Shown here piece by piece: positions 55,864 through 64,000 of a stretch of DNA of 64,000 bases. The notes below the pieces were generated by a model. That model was not told the DNA's origin. It did not search any database and was given only the letters and a program-made list of their open reading frames with translations. Every line of letters begins with the position of its first letter. The first letter of the stretch is position 1. Both the position numbers and the translations under genes were made by a program. This stretch comes from Leucoraja ocellata (lineage: Eukaryota): NCBI GenBank assembly GCA_036785375.1, contig JAWMAR010000155.1, positions 1,178,001 through 1,242,000 of the forward strand. The letters are read 5' to 3'.

Positions 55864-56859
55864 AATAATTTGCACTTATGGTGATCCAGAAGGACATTTG
55901 AAAATAAAGAAGAATGCGTATCACAATGAAACATTGTTCAAGAACATACCTGGCACATTTTGTATAGTCTCTGCTCATGTCATGCTTACACCTTGGTGGC
56001 TCCTCTGCCATGAAGAAGATAATTGTCTTCTCCACTCTGATGAGGTGTTGTAATAGAGAAATCCTTCCTCAACTATCGGTATCCTCCTTCCTAATCATCA
56101 TTGTGTTTGCCAAAGTTGATTAGATGAAAGACATTGAAAACCTTTTATTTACGCTACATCTGTAAGCGACTCTTGTCTTGACATGCTGAGGGTATATAAT
56201 ATCCTTGAAGGGGAGAGAGTGGAGTAGGGGTAGTGTCCTTGAGAGGGAGGGAGTGTATAGGGAATGAGCATGTTTGTGTGTATTTCACCCATCTTCTGAG
56301 CTCAGGAAAATAGGTGAAATACACACTGCATATTCCCTACACACTCCACTCTCACTTCCCCACTCCCATTATCACCCCAACTAGGCTATGTGTGTGTTTC
56401 ATCTACTTTCTGTGATCATGAAATTTCTTGTGATACTGCTCCATTAAGTGGGCTTTGTGACCTTTGCATCACTTCCTGACAGATCCTTTTTGTTTCAGTT
56501 CCTTACTTAGTGGGTGCAGGGCATCCCTTCTGATGGGTCACAAATTAGTCTTCTATGTCCCTTTATGTAAATTATGGAGACCTCTCACTCTCCGTCTCCC
56601 TTATATCCCGTTTCTCCTCTCTGGCAGTGGGTTTTGCTGATATCTGGCTTCCATGGAAGTGAGATATTAAAGACTGATTGCCCTTTTCTGCAGCTGGTGA
56701 ATTTTGGCTGACCTATTGAGAACATTTCAGCTATACTTTCTGAGTAGAAAACATACTAACATTGTTGTTCATTTATTTTTGATCAATTTCATGTTTTTCT
56801 GTGAGAAACACAAAATGATGCATGTGCTTTAGGCAAGACCAGGGGGCTGCACAGCTGTA

Positions 56860-57458
56860 TTCCATAACACCAGCGGTCCCTGCCCAGATGCCATAAGACC
56901 AGCTGGCCACGCGGCCGGGCGCCGTGAGTCCAGCGGACCGCAGCCTGTTGAAGTAAGCCACTGCTGAACTCGGCCCTGTTCATCTCTGACTGATGGACAG
57001 TGCCGCATGGTGGAAACTCTCAGATGGCCACGCAGGCCGTTGCCAAACCCCGATAGGCAGCCGCCGATGGAACCGTGACACCGGCGGATGCTGGGCAAAG
57101 GACTGATTGGAGAACTGGGGGTCAACCTTCCACACCTTCAAGGTCAGCTGCAGGCGGTGCTCCCCGAGGCACGATGTCTGAAGACCTTGAGAGGAGAGAA
57201 GAATAGTTCACTGGCAAATCGAATGACGTGATGGCTGCAATGGGCCGTAATGGCCAGTTAGCTGTAGCTTGGAGTGTGTACAATGGCACCAAAATCTGGA
57301 GGAGTCTATTGCATATAGACTCAGTGGGCTGTTTCCATGCATGGGGTACTTTGTTAGGGATTGTCTTTATGTGTTGGCAATAATTGCACTGATGAAAAAA
57401 TGTATTTCAATGTACCTTTGGTACACGTGACAATAAAAGACCCATTGAACCATTGAAC
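56860..57458 (+). mobile_element. Unclassified GC-rich element with the same gtacacgtgacaataaa tail
   Basis: Tail at 57421-57458 followed by (ccattgaa)n. Left boundary approximate. Confidence 0.45.
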
Positions 57459-57489
57459 AATGTTTCTTCTCACCAAAAAAAAGGAATGA

Positions 57490-57685
57490 TAGATGCTGGA
57501 ATCATGAACAAAAAAACAAACTGCTGGAGGAATTCAATGGGTCAGACAGAACCTATGGAAGGAAATGCATAGATGATGTTAAGGGGTGGAACCCTCCTCA
57601 AAGGTCACAACCCAAAACATGATCTGTAATTTTACTTTCACAGATGCTGCTTGACCCCCTGAGTTCCTGAAGAAGTTTGTTTTAT
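57490..57685. mobile_element. Old inverted pair of Penelope-like terminal repeats
   Basis: agatgctgg...aaactgctggaggaattcaatgggtcag... facing ...cagatgctgcttgaccccctgagttcct...gtttgtttt. Confidence 0.55.
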
Positions 57686-57757
57686 GTTTATAGACATAAT
57701 GGTGGAATAGGTCCCAATACAGGTTTTGGCAGTTGTATTAGCAAGCACTTTTATAAG

Positions 57758-57883
57758 GAAGAAGGGTCTCGACCCGAAACGTCACCCATTCCTTCTCTCC
57801 AGAGATGCTGCCTGTCCCACTGAGTTCCTCCAGCTTTTTGTGTCTACCTTTGATTTAAACCAGCATTGCAGTTCTTTCCTACA
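57758..57883 (+). mobile_element. Penelope-derived repeat with hammerhead motif
   Basis: gaagaagggtctcgacccgaaacgtcacccattccttctctccagagatgctgcc... Confidence 0.8.
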
Positions 57884-58274
57884 CTTTAATGAGGATGTTG
57901 CTTAGTCCATAGCTAATCAAAAGATTCAAGAATAATTAGGATGCAACATGCATTTGATAAAGAGCCCTGTCATATTGGATTTCAAACCTCTCACTAACAC
58001 TCTGTCATAAATGTATATTTGAATGTGTTACAGATGCAGGAATCCTAAGAGAAAATATTTACAGGGATGATATACTATTGGTTGGTTTTGGCTGTTGCTT
58101 TCCACTGACTGTTGTTATTATTCTACATTTGTTTAGTGCTTTCTAAAGAATTTAAACTTGAAATATTGAAAGAGAGCTGCATTTAAAATACTCAAGGACT
58201 TTGGTTTATCGTTTAGAATGGTGCCCAAGCCATTTGCTTCCAGACATGGCTGAATAGTTAGGTCCTCAAGACAG

Positions 58275-59160
58275 GTGATCTAGACGTAAATGTAGATGGT
58301 GAATAAAGGGCCTGTCGCAGGGTGACGCCTGTTTGGTGGTGAGTAGTTGCCCAAAGAGTCGTACCTTTTTCTGTTCGCTGCTGGATTTTCAACATGTTGA
58401 AAATTTTCGGCAACCTGCAGCGACTATGACTGGTGGCGGCAAGTCGCCAAAAAAAATTGCATGTGGGACAGGCCCTTAACTTTGCTGATAACACTGGCCG
58501 AGTGGGACAGGCCCTTAAGTTTGCTGACAAACTTGGTTGAGTTGTAGACAGTGAGGAAGGCTGTCACAAGATACAGTGTGATATAGATCAGCTGTAGAAA
58601 TTGGCAGAGAAATGGCAGATGGAATTTAGCCTGTGCAAATGCGAGGTGTTGCACTTTGGGAGGTTGAATGTAAGGAGAGTATACAGTTAATGGCAAGGCG
58701 TAACAGCATTGCAGAGGGATCTTGGAGTCCAAGTTCATAGCTCACTAAAGGTGGCAACATACAGTAAGTAGATAGATTGGCAAAGAAGGCATATGGTATG
58801 CTTACCATCATTACTAGGGGTATTAACTGCAAGTCAGGAAGTCATAATGCAGACAAATGTCCAACGCTGGAGAGCATAGCTATAAAGTGAGAGGGGAATC
58901 TTTGATGGAAATATGCAGGGCAAGTTTTTAAACAGAGGTTGGTGGGGCCTGGAACACTTTGCCCGTGTTGGTGGTGGAGTCAGTTACGATAGTGGTGTTT
59001 AAGAAGCTTTTAGATAGGCACATGGAAGTGCAGGGAATAGAGGGAAATGGATCATGTGCAAGCAAATTAGATCAGTTGAGATAGGCATCATGTTTGGCAC
59101 AAACATTGTGGGCTGAAGGGTCCACTCTTGTGCTATACTGATGTATGTTCTATGTTCTAT
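58275..59160 (+). mobile_element. Degraded CR1-type LINE fragment interrupted by a MITE
   Basis: DLDVNVDG...KFAD, WQMEF..KCEVLHFGR. Ends tatgttctatgttcta. Confidence 0.75.
58307..58476. mobile_element. PIF/Harbinger-like MITE
   Basis: TIRs AGGGCCTGTC (58307-58316) and GACAGGCCCT (58467-58476), flanked by TAA on both sides. Confidence 0.7.
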
Positions 59161-59496
59161 AAATAATACATAGAGCATGGCCTGGTAGATTGAAGAGAAC
59201 AGCAGCAGCGGTTGTGACTCTTAAATGAACATCCTATTCCCCCACCTGCGTTTTCCATGGACCTGAGAACGGCAGGGAAAGTGGCCATGTGGCTTTGTGA
59301 GGAATTCAAATGCAAGCTGCCATTGATTGCTTGTCATTGTAAAGCATGGTGAGTAAATGCCAACATAGGTAACACACAATCAACAATTAGATTATTTTAT
59401 TTGGTGATCCTGACCATTGGCATGCTTAAACAAAATAATATATCACCTGGCCAGCTCTGAAAGAACTTGGTAATGCTTGAAAGAGTGAGAGATAAG

Positions 59497-60190
59497 TTGT
59501 GGGGGGAGAGGTTGTGAGGGGAGAGGTTGTGAGGGGAGCGTTTGTGGGGAGGAGGGGTTGTGGGGGGTGAGGGGTTGCGGGGGGAGGGGTTGTGGGGGGG
59601 AGGGGTTGTGGGGGGAGAGGTTGTGAGGGGAGAGGTTGTGAGGGGAGCGTTTGTGGGGAGGAGGGGTTGTGGGGGGTGAGGGGTTGCGGGGGGGAGGGGT
59701 TGTGGGGGGGAGGGGTTGTGGGGGGAGAGGTTGTGAGGGAGAGTGGTTGTGGGGGGAGAGGTTGTGGGGGGATGGGCTGTGGGGGGGTTGTGTGGGGGGT
59801 TGTGTGGGTGGGGGGGTTGTGTGGGTGGGAGGGTTGTGTGCGGGGGAGGGGTTGAGGGGTTGTGAGGGGGAGGGGTTGTGGGGGGGAGAGGTTGTTGGGG
59901 GAGGGGTTGTGCGTGGGGGGAGGGGTTGTGTGGGGGGGAGGGGTTGTGTGGGGGGGGAGGGGTTGTGTGGGGGGGGAGGGGTTGTGTGGAGGGGGAGGGG
60001 TTGTCCGGGGGGAGGGGTTGTGTGGGGTGGGGGTTGTGTGGGGGGCTCTCGTGCTGGGCGGCTGGGCGGCTCTCGGGCTGGGCTACTCTCGGGCTTGCCG
60101 GCTGGGGGGGCTGGGAGGCTGGGCAGTTCTCGGGCTGGGCGGGTCTCGGGCTGGGCGGATCTCAGGCTTGGCGGCTGGGGGCTGGGCTCT
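59497..60190. repeat. G-rich degenerate tandem repeat (ggggagggttgtg-like units grading into gggctgggcggctctc-like units)
   Basis: Directly visible. Confidence 0.9.
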
Positions 60191-62848
60191 CTCACTCACG
60201 GACTCTGGACTCAGCCTTACCTCTGGGGCTTTTCTACATTATTTAACCTAGCCAGTGGTCAAGGAAATATGACATCACGTGAAAGATTTTGGGAGAACAC
60301 TATCATTTTGTTTGTATAATATGCAATTGTGCAGAAAAAAACTATGTGTTTAGAAAAAACATATATTGAACAAATATTGACCCTTTGAAAATTAATCCTT
60401 GTATTATGACTTCTGTCAAGTTGCAAGGCACTTGTGTGCATGATCTATTGTTTCTCACCACATGCCAGCTTGGAATAGAGAGAGTACAATCCATTTATGT
60501 TACAGTACATTTCACTGTTTATAGTGCTGTCCACAAAATCAATGGCATCTTCTATTACAAGGAAACCAGCAATCACTACAAAATTATGTGCTCACTCTTT
60601 CTACTGCTCTATGAAACGTGAAAATGAAATACCATAAGCCCTACTTAAATGTAGTGTATCATTGACTACCCCCATGAACCATGAGATGTAACAAATACCT
60701 ATAGCACCAACCAGAAAGAGTCAAAAATACATTTTTGTTTATTGCCACAATTATTTGATATCATTTGGTCTTTGTCCTGCTCAGTGGTTGCACATACGAC
60801 TGTAATAGCAGCAGATTTGAGCAAGGATATCGTCATTGAAATGGATTGAAACACAAAGGTCCCACACTATTCTTCATTCAGATTCAGGTAGGTGGGCATA
60901 GAAGGATATTCCTGAAAATTCTTGATAGATATAGCTTTGATCTCAGCTGATCAGCTCTCTTTTTTCCTATTCTAGCTTTTTGTCCTGCTCTATGTGCATC
61001 CTGTTAATTCATTGCATCATGCATTATCCCAAGATGGCCTTCTAGTACACTCAAATCTGGGCACAACTTTTCCACGGAAGCCTCAATGTCACAATAAAGT
61101 CCATCGGCATCTGCTGCACTGCTGTTTGTGGATGTAAAGAATTTTAAAAGACTGCAAAAGCACCAAATATTTGTATTATCATTACAACAGACAGTAGAAA
61201 GCAATTAGCAACTAACTAGACAATAGTTTATGATCACTTTAAGTAGAATCATTGTAGGATCCTTCTTGCTGCTGAATATGTGTTCAGCTGTACATCGTTG
61301 GTAGAGATAGAAGGTAGGAAGTAGCTGACTTCTTATGACCACCTGTTCCACATTTACAATCTTAAACACAAAGAAATATTTGGGCTATAGGCGGTATTAG
61401 CACAAATCCAGATATACTCACTAGAACTTAGAGCCAAAAAAAGCTATTGTAATGATAAAAATCATAGTTGTGCTTTGCCATATTTTTTCTTTTATTAAAG
61501 TTGAATGGTTTTCATTACTGTATACCTATTTTAGCTGTCTGCTGCAGTAATGCCAAGTGATTTGGATCAATCTAGACTTCGCTCTACAAAAACACGAGAG
61601 ATTTTATTATAAACAACAAAAAGTCAAAAGCAAGGTATACTTGGTTAGAGCTATTGGTTGCTATTTTAATTGCCTTATTTGCAGAGCAAATTGGGCATAT
61701 TGAAAGGGGAGTTGATTTTTAAACAGGTTTTTTTTATTTTTAGTTCTTGTATTTAATCAAATGTTTAAGGTTTCTGACTGTCATATGCTTTTAATCAGGG
61801 ACAGAGTCTTTTTCAGACTGCAGAACATATAAATGGACTTCATTAATTTGAAGAAATATGTGAACACCTCAGCATTTATTGGAGGTTAAATTGTCATAGA
61901 AAGATTCTTATATGCTTGAAGTCATTTGCTTCAACACTTGCACTTCCAAGTGCATTTTTCCTTATCTGTACTACAGACAAGTTTGGATGACAATGACATA
62001 TTCATGTGTAAATATTTACTTCTGACTTTATCATACAGGTGTGTTTGTAGACAACTATGAATACTTATGAGTTCACTCTTTTGCTAAAAACAGGCATATT
62101 TATACTGTTAAGTTGTTTCAGCAACTAAAGTGAGAAGGAAGTTACTTAAAAATTTGGCCAGCAATTGCCCAATCCCATCTGCTTCACTTGCAAATACCGT
62201 TGTGGTGTTATGATTATTTTTCCAATTAATTAACTGTTTAAATGTGAGACGAAATAAATATATTTTTAGGGTGCATGAGTACCAGCGTACAATATTTCAT
62301 ACAGAGAAGTATATGCATGCCTTTAAAAACCATTTAAAATTACTTTTAGCATATTTCCTCCCATGCATTTAAACAGTTCATTAAAAGAGATACAGAATTA
62401 GTAAACAATACCCTCTTGTTTATGAAATGGAGCAAATGATTTTGACAATGGCCATGATTTTGCATGATGATTTCAAAATTTTCAATTGTTTTCACATTGA
62501 TTGTTACTATTCTTACCTCTTAGTTGAAAGATTTTGGCTTTGGATTACACTTTGGGGATATGAGCACAAAAATCTATTCATTTTTTAATTTTTTTTCTAT
62601 GTTTCTATAAAATTGAGAGTACAGTACTGACAGTTTGTTGCACTTTTGGAGATATGCATGGTTTGGATGATATGCTAAAGCAACCCCATGTCTTTGTTCT
62701 GAGATACGTAAATGTAAAATATCGTAGCAGGATTTTAAATGTTGGGGTATTATCCTCTTTTTAAAATTTACCACTTAGTCAGCATTGCTAAATCAGATAA
62801 TCTGGCTATTATCATATTGCTGCTTGTGGGAGTATGCACGCACAAGTT

Positions 62849-63370
62849 AGTCAAGTCAAGCCAAGTCAATTTTGTTTCTATAGCACATTTAAAAACAACT
62901 CTCGTTGACCAAAGTGCTTTACATCAGTGCAGGTACTAACATGCTACAAACAGTGGTACATAGATCAACAATACATACATAAATACACACATACAGCACT
63001 CCCTCAGAGGACCTCAAGAAACGCTTGTGAGTAGAAATGTTTTAAGTCTAGACTTAAAAGAGTTGATGGAGGGGGCAGTTCTGATGGGAAGAGGGATGCT
63101 GGTCCATAGTCGAGGTGCTGCAACCGCAAAAGCGCGGTCGCCCCTGAGCTTATGCCTAGACCGCGGGATGTTCAGTTACCCCAAGTCGGCCGACCTGAGG
63201 GACCTGGAGGTGGTATGATGGGTTAGCAGATTTTTGATGTAGGTGGGGGCAAGCCCATTAAGGGTTTTGTATACATAAAGGAGGAGCTTGAAATTGATTC
63301 TTAACTACACTGGGAGTCAGTGGAGAGTGGACAGAATCGGGGTGATGTGGTCCCTTTTTCGAGTGCCAGT
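62849..63370 (-). mobile_element. L2-clade LINE 3' fragment
   Basis: Minus strand reads RSLRSADLG*LNIPRSRHKLRGDRAFAVAAPRLWTSIPLPIRTAPSINSFKSRLKTFLL, then a (ttgac)n tail. Confidence 0.8.
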
Positions 63371-64000
63371 AGAATGTAAATGAGAATGTAAAACACTATG
63401 GAATATCCTAAAAGTTGTGTGAGCTGTAGCATGAATAGAAACCTGATAATCTTTTCAATTATGATAAAATAAAATGACCTCAAAAATCCAACATTTGATA
63501 AGAATTTTGATAGATTTGATATCTTTTAAAAAGCTATTAAATCTCAAGAATTGACAAATCAAGCATCAATGATCTGCCTGCATGTGGTGTACAGAAATTA
63601 GTGTATGTAGGTCCCATATTCTGCATAGAATAGCTGCCATGTTCTCTTTATATTTTAGATAACGGTGGAGTGAAGATTTATATTTACATCGAAGTTAAGG
63701 AATAGTCCCCAAGAACGTACTCAGATTTACAGTTCATATTCATACATTGTTTTTCTAGTACATAGCTACAGAGAAAAACCTTAGTTAGCAGCCAGACACT
63801 ATTTCAGGTTAAGGTTACAAACTGGTTTCCTAGTCTTCTAACTTATTGGCAGTCTACATTTACAAAAAGTGGCATAACTTCCAAATACAGGGTTTGCATT
63901 TGCAATGTGTCAGTAAGGTCATTACTGCAATGGTCAGCAGGACACCTTGTTAGAAAGGCTTTCCTATGGCCCAGCTGTACTAATAGGAGATCAAACAGCA

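Noticed and set aside
59443-60319. Long Pro-rich and Gly-rich ORFs
   Set aside because: Translations of the G-rich tandem repeat.

Overview
Vertebrate genomic DNA. The repeat families suggest a cartilaginous fish, probably a skate or ray (inference, not verified). The left ~36.7 kb holds the head-to-head Zic4 (- strand, 2 coding exons, 7933-12657) and Zic1 (+ strand, 3 coding exons, 25220-28521, 446 aa) pair. That part is AT-rich but not CpG-depleted and almost free of transposons. At ~36.7 kb the sequence switches abruptly to CpG-depleted, repeat-rich DNA with CR1, L2 and Rex/Babar-like LINE fragments, SINE pieces, non-autonomous Helitrons, a Harbinger-like MITE and several Penelope-derived repeats carrying minimal hammerhead-ribozyme motifs. 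Main observations: (1) a 253-bp tract is 96.8% identical between Zic1 and Zic4 while flanking codons are heavily diverged at synonymous sites, which points to gene conversion; (2) Zic4 carries two single-base frameshifts (assembly errors or recent gene loss); (3) the sharp CpG/transposon boundary looks like the edge of a methylation canyon; (4) hammerhead-bearing Penelope fragments appear to have moved as short units with target-site duplications. All alignments and counts were done by eye and no databases were searched.
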